From a virus: a stretch of 64,000 nucleotides of DNA. Where the stretch lies: IMG/VR virus record IMGVR_UViG_3300025648_000013, one strand, 5' to 3'. Of this stretch, positions 20,269 through 32,085 are shown one piece after another (the stretch's first letter is position 1; each line of letters starts with the position of its first letter). The notes beneath the pieces were generated by a model. The model was given only the letters and a program-made list of their open reading frames with translations, did no database searches and was not told the origin of the DNA. The position numbers and the translations under genes are program-made.

Positions 20269-21376
20269 ATGGATTTAACTACATTGACAAATGAGGAGAT
20301 CGCAGCGCTCCGTATGTCAACTGTTAAGGAGATCTCTCGCCTTGATAATCTTCAAATGGCGAAGAAGATTCAACTTAACAGTGCATACGGCGCGCTGGGT
20401 TAGCAACAAATACTTCCGTTGGTATGACATCAACCACGCTGAAGCTATTACTATGTCTGGCCAGCTTTCCATCCGCTGGATTGCTGATCGTATGAATGAA
20501 TACTTGAACAAGCTATGTGGTACGACAGACTATGATTATATCATTGCATCAGATACAGATTCTATCTATGTGACACTAGCACCTCTGGTCGACAAGATCA
20601 TGCCAGATGAAACGGACACAAAGAAGATCGTTGAAGTTCTAGATAAGTTTTGCCTTAGTAAGATTGAACCATTCATCGATAAAGCATATCTGGAACTATC
20701 TGTTCGGATGAATGCATATGCACAAAAGATGTTCATGAAGCGTGAAGCTATTGCCGATAAAGCAATCTGGACAGCAAAGAAGCGATACATCCTAAACGTC
20801 TGGAATCAAGAAGGGGTTGCATACGATTCGGCAAAGCTGAAGATGTCTGGCATTGAAGCGGTCAAATCATCAACACCACAATCTTGTCGTGATAACATTA
20901 AGAAGGCATTAAATCTTGTCATGAACGAAAGTGAAACGACACTGCAAACGTTCATCGCAGATTTCCGTAAAATGTTTACACAGTTGCCTTTTGAGGAAGT
21001 GGCATTCCCTCGTGGTGTCAGTGATCTAGACAAGTATGAAACCAAAGACATTGAAACGTATGCTTCTGGTACTCCTATTCATGTTCGTGGCAGTATTCTG
21101 TACAATCGTATGCTAGAGCGTCATGGACTAGGTAATAAATACGAGCAGATAACAAACGGTGATAAGGTGAAGTTCTGTTACATGAAAACACCTAATCCCG
21201 CTAGAACAAATGTCATCTCCTGTCCATCTGAGTTGCCATCAGAGTTTGATTTGGAGAAGTACATCGACTATCCAATGCAGTTTGATAAAGCGTTCATTGC
21301 ACCACTACAGGGCATTCTGGATGTGATTGGTTGGAAGTCAGAGAAGATCGCAACACTAGAGGACTTTTTCAGCTAA
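20269..21376 (+). CDS. 43: DNA polymerase B, gp43B, with 4 extra nt at about 20397-20404
   Basis: MDLTTLTNEEIAALR..KIQLNSAYGALG, then in the +1 frame (S)NKYFRWY..SDTDS..KKRY; AAGGA SD. Confidence 0.92.
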
Positions 21377-21627
21377 TGGACGAAGATTTTGATTTTGGAT
21401 TTACATACACCACAACCGAAGATATTGCAGCACCAATCATTGTCTCTAAGACAACAAAGAATGAGGAAACGATTGACAAGCTACTCAAAGCTATCACACC
21501 ACTACTAGACAATCTAGCCAAGGATGCAGACAAAGATGTCATCCATTGGCCAAATCGTGCTGCAAAGATTGAAGAGTTTCGCAAGAAACTATACAAAATC
21601 GCTGGAAAAACATTGACTAAGAAGTGA
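21376..21627 (+). CDS. hypothetical protein (FDFGF motif)
   Basis: TAATG coupling; PLLDNL..IHWPNR. Confidence 0.65.
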   Translation: MDEDFDFGFTYTTTEDIAAPIIVSKTTKNEETIDKLLKAITPLLDNLAKDADKDVIHWPNRAAKIEEFRKKLYKIAGKTLTKK

Positions 21628-21681
21628 TTTTGTGATACAGTGAATACTGGTTTAAACCAAGGAGAAAACCAAGGAGATTAT

Positions 21682-22797
21682 ATGAGCATTCTAGACAAAC
21701 TACGTAAAGCAAGCACAATCAAGGAAGCAGATGTGCTATCGGATTCCAAGTTCTTTAATAAGAAGGACATGATTCAGACTTCCATTCCCATGCTCAATGT
21801 TGCACTATCAGGTAGTCTAGACGGTGGTATTACACCAGGTCTAACTCTCTGGTGTGGTCCATCAAAGCACTTCAAGTCATTCTTCTGTCTTCTAGAAGTC
21901 AAAGCGTACCTTGACAAATATCCTGAAGCTATCTGTCTCTTTTACGACTCGGAGTTTGGTGCTGGTAAGAAGTATTTTGAAACCATTGGCATTGATACTA
22001 CTCGTGTTATTCATAGTCCAATCACCGACGTTGAACAGTTCAAGTTTGATGTTATGCAGCAACTTGAAGTGATTTCTCGTGGCGACAAGGTAATCATCTT
22101 TGTTGACTCTGTTGGTAACTTGGCTTCTAAGAAAGAAGTTGATGATGCCAAGGATGGCAAGTCTGTTTCAGATATGTCACGGGCGAAGCAGATCAAGTCT
22201 GTGTTTCGTATGATTACGCCACATCTAAACATCAAAGACATTCCAATGGTCGTTGTGAATCACACATATCAGACACAAGAAATGTACTCAAAGGCCGTCG
22301 TATCTGGTGGTACTGGTATCTACTATTCTGCTGATTCAATCTTCATCATTGGTCGTCAACAAGAGAAAGATGGCACCGAAGTCACTGGTTACAACTTCAT
22401 CATCAATGTTGAAAAGTCACGCCATGTTCGTGAAAAGTCCAAGATTCCTATTGAAGTTCGTTTTGAAGGTGGTATCTCAACATGGTCTGGTCTACTAGAT
22501 GTTGCTCTAGATTCTGGTCATATATTGAAATCTGGATCTTGGTATCAGATGGTGGATTTCGATACTGGAGAGATTTCAGATAAGAAAATCCGTGGAGGTG
22601 ATATTGAGAAGTCTGGATTTTACAAAAGACTCATCAAGGATTCGCGTTTCAAAGAGTTTATCGAAAAGAAATATATGCTTTCAAATGAAACAATGATAAC
22701 AGATGAAGAGATTGACGATTTTATAGACGATTATTGTTTATTAGGTGGGATGGCAGTCCGTGACCTACACTCTATTTATAAGAAAGACTTGATATGA
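21682..22797 (+). CDS. uvsX: UvsX RecA-like recombinase
   Basis: GPSKHFKS, YDSEFG, DSVGNLAS, SGGTG. Confidence 0.95.
   Translation: MSILDKLRKASTIKEADVLSDSKFFNKKDMIQTSIPMLNVALSGSLDGGITPGLTLWCGPSKHFKSFFCLLEVKAYLDKYPEAICLFYDSEFGAGKKYFETIGIDTTRVIHSPITDVEQFKFDVMQQLEVISRGDKVIIFVDSVGNLASKKEVDDAKDGKSVSDMSRAKQIKSVFRMITPHLNIKDIPMVVVNHTYQTQEMYSKAVVSGGTGIYYSADSIFIIGRQQEKDGTEVTGYNFIINVEKSRHVREKSKIPIEVRFEGGISTWSGLLDVALDSGHILKSGSWYQMVDFDTGEISDKKIRGGDIEKSGFYKRLIKDSRFKEFIEKKYMLSNETMITDEEIDDFIDDYCLLGGMAVRDLHSIYKKDLI
22742..22780 (-). promoter_or_regulatory. orphan, truncated copy 6 of the endonuclease leader, antisense to the uvsX 3' end
   Basis: TATAAATA-GAGT-GTAGGT-CAC-GGA-CTGCCA-TCC-C-ACCTA; second hairpin and ORF are missing. 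Confidence 0.75.
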
Positions 22798-24239
22798 TTG
22801 AAGAACATGTAATCTTTTCACATCTACTTTATAATGAAGAATATTGCAGAAAGGTGATCCCATTCCTGAAGACCGAATACTTCCAAACACGACCTAACAA
22901 GATCGTGTTTGGACTTATTGACAAGTATGTCAAGACTTATTACAGGGTGCCTACAAAGGAAGCTTTGCAGTCTGAAATCTTGTCTCTCACAAACATTAGT
23001 GAAGATGAGTATTCAATCTGCAAAGATACTGTACAGACATTCAATGCAGACTTGGCTACGTCCATTGATTGGTTGTTTAACGAAACGGAGAAGTTCTGCC
23101 AAGAACGGGCTGTGTATAATGCAATCATGGATTCCATCAAGATTATTGATGGTAAAGATGACAAGCGTGGTAAAGGAGCATTGCCAGAGATTCTAACTGA
23201 GGCTCTAGCAGTGTCTTTTGACACTAACATCGGGCATGACTTTCTTGGTGATGCTGAACAGCGATATGAGTTCTACCATCTTCGCGAGGAGAAGCTGGAG
23301 TTCGATCTGAAGTATTTCAACAAGATCACCAAGGGTGGTGTATCAAAGAAGACTTTGACCTGTATCCTAGCGTCCACGGGCGTTGGTAAGACAATGTTTA
23401 TGACCCACTGTGCAGCCAATCACTTGAACATGGGCAAGAACGTTCTCTATATCACCATGGAAATGTCTGAAGAGCGGATTGCAGAACGTATTGACGCCAA
23501 CTTGATGAATATCACGATGGACGAACTTCGTGATCTACCGAAAGATTCTTTCAACAAGAAGACCAATCGAATCAAGTCGTCAACACAAGGCAAGTTGATT
23601 ATCAAGGAGTATCCAACATCATCTGCTGGTGCTGCACACTTCCGGCATCTATTGCAAGAACTTCGTATTAAGAAGAACTTCAAGCCAGATGTGATCTATA
23701 TTGACTATATAAACATCTGTGCGTCTACACGTATGAAGATGGGTGGTTCTGTTAATAGCTACATGTATATCAAGTCTATTGCAGAAGAACTGCGTGGGCT
23801 TGCTGTTGAGTTTGATCTACCAATCATCACGGCTACACAGTCAAATCGTGATGGTTATAACTCTTCTGATCTTGGGCTAGACAACACCTCAGAGTCGTTT
23901 GGTTTGCCAGCAACAGTAGACTTTATGTTTGCTCTGATGTCAACCGACGAGCTAGCTGATATGAACCAGATCCTTGTCAAGCAGTTGAAGAATCGCTACA
24001 GTGATATCAACGAAAACAAGAGGTTTGTTATCGGTGTCAACAAGTCTAAGATGCGTTTTCATGATGTGGATGATTCTGAGCAAGAGAATATTCTAGAAGG
24101 TCCTAAGAAAGATAAGTATCAGGACAAGCCGGTAATGGACAACACTCAGGTCGGTATTCGTGCCAACGAAGAAGACAATATGAAGTGGATGACTAAGGCT
24201 GCCGGCCGTAAAGATTTTAGCGGATTGAGAATGACTTGA
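22794..24239 (+). CDS. 41: gp41 replicative helicase
   Basis: ASTGVGKT, YITMEMSE, IDYIN, TATQSNR, SESFGLP, QLKNRY. Confidence 0.96.
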   Translation: MIEEHVIFSHLLYNEEYCRKVIPFLKTEYFQTRPNKIVFGLIDKYVKTYYRVPTKEALQSEILSLTNISEDEYSICKDTVQTFNADLATSIDWLFNETEKFCQERAVYNAIMDSIKIIDGKDDKRGKGALPEILTEALAVSFDTNIGHDFLGDAEQRYEFYHLREEKLEFDLKYFNKITKGGVSKKTLTCILASTGVGKTMFMTHCAANHLNMGKNVLYITMEMSEERIAERIDANLMNITMDELRDLPKDSFNKKTNRIKSSTQGKLIIKEYPTSSAGAAHFRHLLQELRIKKNFKPDVIYIDYINICASTRMKMGGSVNSYMYIKSIAEELRGLAVEFDLPIITATQSNRDGYNSSDLGLDNTSESFGLPATVDFMFALMSTDELADMNQILVKQLKNRYSDINENKRFVIGVNKSKMRFHDVDDSEQENILEGPKKDKYQDKPVMDNTQVGIRANEEDNMKWMTKAAGRKDFSGLRMT

Positions 24240-24421
24240 TATACAGAATCAGAACGTTCGATGGTAAGTACCACATTTTTGAGACAACCACTGGGTTTAC
24301 CATCTATTCCTCAGCCGAGGAAGACAAGGTGAAATCTATCTGTCGTTTCTTAAACTCAGGAGGTGGTTTCAATGGAGCCACCCCTGCATTTTTTTGCCAC
24401 AAAGTTGACATTACCGATTGA
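24236..24421 (+). CDS. hypothetical protein
   Basis: LNSGGGFNGATPAFF. Confidence 0.55.
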   Translation: MIYRIRTFDGKYHIFETTTGFTIYSSAEEDKVKSICRFLNSGGGFNGATPAFFCHKVDITD

Positions 24422-24477
24422 CATTTTTTCAGAATCAGCTACATTGAGAATGTAGTTAGTGAGAAAGGTGATTCGTT
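24418..24477 (+). promoter_or_regulatory. early sigma70-type promoter with GANTC sites
   Basis: TTGACA..AGAATCA..TACATT; AAGGTGATTCGTT-ATG. Confidence 0.7.
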
Positions 24478-24669
24478 ATGATTAAGATTTTTGCTATTGC
24501 ATTCGCTCTGGTTGCCCTAGAACTCTTTGGGTTCAAGGAACTCGTTAGTTTTATGCATCCCATTGCGTTGATTAAGTTTTTCATCGCTATTCCGTTCGTT
24601 GCCATTGCTGCGATTACCGCTTGGTATCCCTTTGCGGTCGGCATCTGTGGCGGTCCTGAACGCTTCTGA
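24478..24669 (+). CDS. small membrane protein
   Basis: Two hydrophobic segments; follows an early promoter. Confidence 0.55.
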   Translation: MIKIFAIAFALVALELFGFKELVSFMHPIALIKFFIAIPFVAIAAITAWYPFAVGICGGPERF

Positions 24670-24675
24670 TATCTC

Positions 24676-24735
24676 TTGACATTTATCCCGAATCGTGCTA
24701 GGTTCAGAACCTAGCACGCGTGCTAGGTTCAGAAC
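24676..24735 (+). promoter_or_regulatory. early promoter containing an inverted triplication
   Basis: TTGACA..CGAATCG..TAGGTT; CGTGCTAGGTTC-A-GAACCTAGCACG-CGTGCTAGGTTC-AGAAC. Confidence 0.7.
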
Positions 24736-24753
24736 ATAGACGATGGAGATGAA

Positions 24754-25224
24754 ATGGAAGTTCACGTATCAGGTATCAATGCGCGCAAAGCTGAGGAACT
24801 CACCGAAGCGGCAGAGTTTTTTGCGCGCCAGTTGATGGACCCTCGCATGGTTCGTAATCTATCCATTGATCTGGAAATTGAAACAAACCTAGACGTTCAT
24901 GGCGAATGTGTAGACGAAGAGGGCACAAGGAATCCACGGTGGTTCACGATTCGCCTCAAGCGCCAGAAGATAGAAGATATGATCAGAACGCTAGCGCATG
25001 AAATGGTTCATGTCAAGCAATACGCTAAGAATGAACTGAAAAGCGGCATTGTGATTGTGTCTAGAGGCAAGCTAAAGATGACCAGCAAATGGCACGGCGA
25101 AATCTGGAAACCTAAGCGCAATGAAGATTTGTATTTTGATTCGCCTTGGGAATGTCAGGCATATGGAATGGAAGTTGGTCTCTATCACAAGTGGTTTGCG
25201 TTCATCAACGAGCGTTATAAGTAG
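24754..25224 (+). CDS. zincin-like (HExxH) protein
   Basis: TLAHEMVHVKQY..PWE.QAY. Confidence 0.75.
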   Translation: MEVHVSGINARKAEELTEAAEFFARQLMDPRMVRNLSIDLEIETNLDVHGECVDEEGTRNPRWFTIRLKRQKIEDMIRTLAHEMVHVKQYAKNELKSGIVIVSRGKLKMTSKWHGEIWKPKRNEDLYFDSPWECQAYGMEVGLYHKWFAFINERYK

Positions 25225-25232
25225 AGTTATAT

Positions 25233-25309
25233 TCCCTTCGAGCGAGCAGGCGAACGCAACTGGCTGTTAACCAGTAAAATGCTAGGATCGATACCTAGGA
25301 AGGGAGCCA
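25233..25309 (+). tRNA. tRNA-Asn(GTT)
   Basis: Acceptor TCCCTTC/GAAGGGA, anticodon arm ACTGG-CTGTTAA-CCAGT, encoded CCA. Confidence 0.85.
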
Positions 25310-25508
25310 CATATCAAAGGAAACTACCATGTTTCATGTATATGCATTGAACGCAGAATATGAAATGGTTGTTGAGTGTCTGGTCGAAGATTATAAAGCT
25401 GCTGTAAAACTTGCTGAAAGTCTAGACGCTATCTATAATAAAGACAATGTTTGTCTTGAAGTGGTGATTGATGACACTGAAAAGGTCTAAGTGAAATAAA
25501 GGATTGTT

Positions 25509-25907
25509 ATGAAGATTGGTATTACATGTTCCTGCTTTGATCTGTTTCATTCGGGTCATGTTCTTATGCTTGAAGAAGCTAAAGAACACTGTGATTTTCT
25601 TATCGCAGCACTTCAGACTGATCCTACGATTGATCGTCCAGAAAAGAATAAGCCAGTTCAGGATGTATATGAACGTTGGTCACAGTTAAATGCCTGTAAA
25701 TATGTAGACAAAATCATTCCATACTCCACTGAAGGAGACCTATATAATCTTCTACTCACCCAGAAGATTGATATTCGGTTTGTAGGAGAAGAGTATGTGT
25801 CTAAAACTTTTACTGGCAAATATATGCCAGGCATTGAGATTTATTATAACAGACGCGAACATAACTATAGTTCTTCTGGGCTACGTGAACGTATTATGAA
25901 AGGATAA
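25509..25907 (+). CDS. TagD-like cytidylyltransferase
   Basis: FDLFHSGH, YSSSGLR. Confidence 0.85.
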   Translation: MKIGITCSCFDLFHSGHVLMLEEAKEHCDFLIAALQTDPTIDRPEKNKPVQDVYERWSQLNACKYVDKIIPYSTEGDLYNLLLTQKIDIRFVGEEYVSKTFTGKYMPGIEIYYNRREHNYSSSGLRERIMKG

Positions 25908-25910
25908 AAT

Positions 25911-26471
25911 ATGTACCAGACACATCTGTATGATCCCACAGAATATCTACCAGAAGTCGTTCCAAACGTAGTCTTCAAAACTCGTGTGCGTGACGATTCG
26001 ATTGAAGGACCAAATCCTTATCGTTGGGAAAAAAGGACTTCGTTTGACTATTTTGCAAACAAGCGCGTAGTTATTTTTTCTCTTCCTGGTGCCTTTACAC
26101 CTACTTGTTCGACATATCAGCTTCCTGGTTTCGAAGAAAACTATAAAGACTTCAAGGCACTAGGCATTGATGATGTATATTGCATCTCAGTCAATGATGC
26201 CTTTGTAATGAACGCTTGGGCCAAGTCACAACAGCTTCAGAAGGTCAAGGTCATTCCAGACGGTTCTGGTACATTTACCAGTGGTATGTCGATGCTAGTG
26301 AATAAGGAAAATCTTGGCTTTGGCACACGTTCCTGGCGTTATGCTGTAGTGGTAAACAACGGCAAGATCGAAAAGTGGTTCATTGAACCTGGCTTTGGTC
26401 ACAATGTCGATGATGATCCATACGGCGAGACTGCACCTGAAAACATTATGAAATGGCTCAAAACTGCTTGA
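25911..26471 (+). CDS. peroxiredoxin (Prx5 type)
   Basis: LPGAFTPTCS, SVNDAFVM, RSWRY. Confidence 0.93.
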   Translation: MYQTHLYDPTEYLPEVVPNVVFKTRVRDDSIEGPNPYRWEKRTSFDYFANKRVVIFSLPGAFTPTCSTYQLPGFEENYKDFKALGIDDVYCISVNDAFVMNAWAKSQQLQKVKVIPDGSGTFTSGMSMLVNKENLGFGTRSWRYAVVVNNGKIEKWFIEPGFGHNVDDDPYGETAPENIMKWLKTA

Positions 26472-26495
26472 CATATTCCACGAATCCGCTATGAT
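26468..26495 (+). promoter_or_regulatory. early promoter with GANTC spacer
   Basis: TTGACA..CGAATCC-GC-TATGAT. Confidence 0.65.
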
Positions 26496-26545
26496 GGGAA
26501 TATAGAGAGACAAAGCTTCTCTCTGATACAAAATGGAGATTGATT

Positions 26546-26935
26546 ATGTTTAATGTTGGTGATCGAGTTAAGCTTACCAGTTCGGCAACGGGCTATATTG
26601 ACGAACCTGATAATGGACTTGATGTCGGTAGTCTGGGTACTGTCACTGAACAAATCGATCCATATGGACGTCCATATGGACCATATGGACAAACTGATGG
26701 GATATATTGGCGGGTACAGTTTGATTCTGGTTATTTTGGTCGTCATGACCATTCGGTTTGTATCTTTAAAGATGAAATCGAGTTGGTAAAAGAGACAGTG
26801 CAAGATGACATTATCAAACTACTGAAGCTTGCACAGGCTGCTATTATTCATTATTCTCAAGATCCAGATGCATCTCGATATCCAGATGAAACAATCGCCT
26901 TGCGTATTGAAAAGTTTCTTGCAAGCAATACTTGA
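26546..26935 (+). CDS. hypothetical protein (SH3/KOW-like N-terminus)
   Basis: MFNVGDRVKL; GGAG SD. Confidence 0.55.
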   Translation: MFNVGDRVKLTSSATGYIDEPDNGLDVGSLGTVTEQIDPYGRPYGPYGQTDGIYWRVQFDSGYFGRHDHSVCIFKDEIELVKETVQDDIIKLLKLAQAAIIHYSQDPDASRYPDETIALRIEKFLASNT

Positions 26936-26962
26936 TACATAAACATGTTTTATAAGTAGAAC

Positions 26963-27589
26963 ATGAACAACGTAACGAACTTTAAAAACTTCATTGTCGA
27001 GTCACAAAACACACTCCATGCCTTTGACATGGATGAAACTTTGTTTACTCACGATCCAGGATCACTCGCTATTCATGTAAACGATGAACATGGCAAGCGA
27101 GTGAAGTCTTTAAGTAATCAACAGTTCAATACGCATAAGTTAGATCCAGGTCATTCATATGATTTCTCTGATTTCAAATCATCGAGCAAATTGCATCAAA
27201 CGGGTAAACCTATTCGTAAGATGCTTGCTAAGATGAAAGCCATTCATAATAACGGCGGCAAGGTAGAGATACTAACTGCTCGGTCTGACTTTGACGATCA
27301 ACCTAAGTTTGCCGAGTTTATGAAGAAGTATGGAGTAGATATAAATAAAGTGCATGTTCGTAGGGCTGGTAACATTCCTGGTGATCCTGCCGTAAGAAAA
27401 CGTGATATTTTACACAATCTCATTAATCAGAATGGATATAAAAACGTCCATCTCTATGATGATTCTAAAGACAATCTAGCACAGTTTCTTTCATTGAAAC
27501 AACAACATCCTGGTGTTAACTTCAATGCTCATCACGTAAGTCATAACGATGACACTGGTGAGACTACGATACGCACAACGAAAGTTTAA
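26963..27589 (+). CDS. HAD-superfamily hydrolase with a capsid-targeting-like N-terminus
   Basis: FDMDETL, LTAR, K, YDDS; late promoter TATAAGTA. Confidence 0.75.
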   Translation: MNNVTNFKNFIVESQNTLHAFDMDETLFTHDPGSLAIHVNDEHGKRVKSLSNQQFNTHKLDPGHSYDFSDFKSSSKLHQTGKPIRKMLAKMKAIHNNGGKVEILTARSDFDDQPKFAEFMKKYGVDINKVHVRRAGNIPGDPAVRKRDILHNLINQNGYKNVHLYDDSKDNLAQFLSLKQQHPGVNFNAHHVSHNDDTGETTIRTTKV

Positions 27590-27590
27590 T

Positions 27591-27664
27591 GCCGATATAG
27601 TATAGTGGTATTACCGTGGATTTGTAACCCTCTGACAGGAGTTCGATTCTTCTTATCGGCACCA
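27591..27664 (+). tRNA. tRNA-Thr(TGT)
   Basis: GCCGATA/TATCGGC, TTCGA, ACCA; imperfect anticodon stem. Confidence 0.8.
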
Positions 27665-27692
27665 GACTATTTTGATGATCAAAATAGTTAAT

Positions 27693-27770
27693 GGAGCATA
27701 CGGCTAACGGGTTGGGTCACCTGATTTTCAGTCAGGAATAAAGTCGGTTCGAGTCCGACATGCTTCACCA
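27693..27770 (+). tRNA. tRNA-Glu(TTC)
   Basis: CCTGA-TTTTCAG-TCAGG, GGTTCGAG, ACCA. Confidence 0.85.
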
Positions 27771-27780
27771 AGTTTATTGT

Positions 27781-27857
27781 CTACCATTAGCACAGCCTGG
27801 TAGCGCATCTGCTTTGGGAGCAGAGGGTCGGGAGTTCGAATCTCTCATGGTAGACCA
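27781..27857 (+). tRNA. tRNA-Pro(TGG)
   Basis: CTACCAT/ATGGTAG, TCTGC-TTTGGGA-GCAGA, GTTCGAA, ACCA. Confidence 0.92.
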
Positions 27858-27875
27858 CTCCATATAAATAAGAGC

Positions 27876-28106
27876 ATGAAAATGAAAATATTCAAAGCTT
27901 TCAAAGAATCGACCACAGAGACACCAGAGAACATTCAGATTGAAGTTCTAGGTGTTGATGATACATGGCGTAGAGTTGAAGGTGGTGTTCCTAATCGTGC
28001 GCAGTCTATTGCTCGTGCATTAGAGTATACCAAAAAGAGATATCCTAAGAACCGAGTTCGTGCTGTTGGACAGAAAACGGGCAGGTTCTACGATCTTTTG
28101 CCTTGA
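27876..28106 (+). CDS. hypothetical late protein
   Basis: TATAAATA upstream; KIFKAFKE N-terminus. Confidence 0.6.
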   Translation: MKMKIFKAFKESTTETPENIQIEVLGVDDTWRRVEGGVPNRAQSIARALEYTKKRYPKNRVRAVGQKTGRFYDLLP

Positions 28107-28206
28107 TGTTTATTTTTTAATGTTTCGCTTATTTTTTTCTTAGTCTCTTCACTTGGAACTTTACCAAGTTGAGCAAGTCTCATTTTTTCTTTATGAAAGG
28201 TAAATA

Positions 28207-28476
28207 ATGGCAGTTAGTACACGTAAGACTAAGGTCTCAAAAGGTATTCACTCAAACGTTTCCAGAGCAACTACAAAGCTTGTGAAGCGTGATCGTTGCA
28301 CACTAACGCATGAACTTGATCTTGTTAAAGCATGGCGCGCTGGTCGTAATCCTTGGATCACTATTGCTAATCCTAATAAGAACCAAACAAACATGCTGAA
28401 TATCCGTGTTCGTGCAAATGAGTATTGGGGCAAATACAAGCGTAGTTCGAACGCAACACTGGCTCAAGAAGACTAA
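28207..28476 (+). CDS. basic hypothetical protein
   Basis: SKGIHSNV..AW.AGRNPWITIANPN. Confidence 0.65.
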   Translation: MAVSTRKTKVSKGIHSNVSRATTKLVKRDRCTLTHELDLVKAWRAGRNPWITIANPNKNQTNMLNIRVRANEYWGKYKRSSNATLAQED

Positions 28477-28513
28477 ATAATAAATAGAGTGTAATCTAAC
28501 ACTCAAGGAAATA

Positions 28514-29188
28514 ATGATGCAGCGGTTGCTATCTATCCCTAGGATGTTAGCTTCCGCTGCATTTTCTTTTCTAGCAAAGCGGAAGCTGCCTCCATCGTTA
28601 CCTGCAAATCAAGTCTGGCCTTACGGTCAGGCTATTGTCGTGCCTGGTACCACAGTGCTTTGCAACTCGTTCTATCTCGTTCTTTATGATGAAAAGAACA
28701 TGAGAGCGATTCTTTCTGCTGAAGTAACACAGCCACCACATGATCATGTAGAAAGAGACGATGCATTCTGCTCCGATCCTCGCCTGAAACGATCACCAAC
28801 ACCCGATGACTATACAGACAGTGGATATGATCGTGGGCATTTAACACCTGCGGCTGACGCTGGAAACGAAGTCCAGATGCGTGATACGTTTCTGATCACA
28901 AACGTTGTACCTCAGACACCTAAACTGAATAGAGTTCTTTGGAAAGAACTGGAAGCGATGGTGAGAGGGATGGAGACGCAATACGTGGTGACTGGTGCAA
29001 TCTATACTGATACATCTACTTGTATTGGAGAACGTAGGATTCCCGTTCCATCGGCGTATTACAAAGTTGTCTATCTCAAAGATCGCTCTATCAAAGTTTA
29101 TATGGCGGACAACGCTGAAGGATCTGTGGTGGTAGAAAAATCTTTATCAGAGTTAGAATCTTTGGTGGGATACACATTTCCCTCTTGA
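28514..29188 (+). CDS. DNA/RNA non-specific endonuclease (NucA/EndA-like)
   Basis: SGYDRGHLTPAAD, TFLITNVVPQ, LNRVLWKELE. Confidence 0.92.
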   Translation: MMQRLLSIPRMLASAAFSFLAKRKLPPSLPANQVWPYGQAIVVPGTTVLCNSFYLVLYDEKNMRAILSAEVTQPPHDHVERDDAFCSDPRLKRSPTPDDYTDSGYDRGHLTPAADAGNEVQMRDTFLITNVVPQTPKLNRVLWKELEAMVRGMETQYVVTGAIYTDTSTCIGERRIPVPSAYYKVVYLKDRSIKVYMADNAEGSVVVEKSLSELESLVGYTFPS

Positions 29189-29248
29189 CATTATTCCCGA
29201 GTCGTGTATTATCAGTAATGTAGTCAGTGAGATATAAGGTGATTCGTT
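29185..29248 (+). promoter_or_regulatory. early promoter and RBS reading into the captured host DNA
   Basis: TTGACA..CGAGTCG..TATTAT; AAGGTGATTCGTT-ATG. Confidence 0.75.
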
Positions 29249-29571
29249 ATGACTGTTTCTGAGTTGATTGAAGAACTGATGCAGTCCGATCCTGATGCTG
29301 AGGTTGTGCGTGAGGCGATATGCGCCACCAACATCAAGCGCGATATTATCCGTCAAACCCAGAGCGCGCGCCCCACCACCGTCAACCTCTATAGAACTGC
29401 CGAGCAGCGTGCGGATGCGGTGCGGGTGGCCGCCAATCGCCAAGTGATGCAAAATGGGCAATGGACCGATGCACCCGTGCAGGCCGCGACCGTTCAGAAA
29501 ATTGAGGATATTATCCTGATCGAGTGCGCGATCTGCGCCGGTCGGGTTTCACTGGCTAGGGTTTTCATTTC

Positions 29572-29575
<4 letters not shown>
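29249..29575 (+). CDS. chimeric ORF: phage N-terminus, antisense host fragment, then DUF3576-like C-terminus; stop overlaps the leuS start
   Basis: [20 protein letters not shown] | .. | [33 protein letters not shown]; ATGA overlap at 29572. Confidence 0.6.

Positions 29576-32081
<2,506 letters not shown>

Positions 32082-32085
<4 letters not shown>

Noticed and set aside
20291-20401. ORF-track start of polymerase part 2 (MRRSQRS..)
   Set aside because: Wrong frame. The real N-terminus with motif B starts at 20269.
28514-28610. Programmed recoding at the nuclease N-terminus (alternate frame IFFSSKAEAASIVTC resembles a signal peptide end)
   Set aside because: More simply explained by compensating indels or consensus errors; cannot be resolved without reads.
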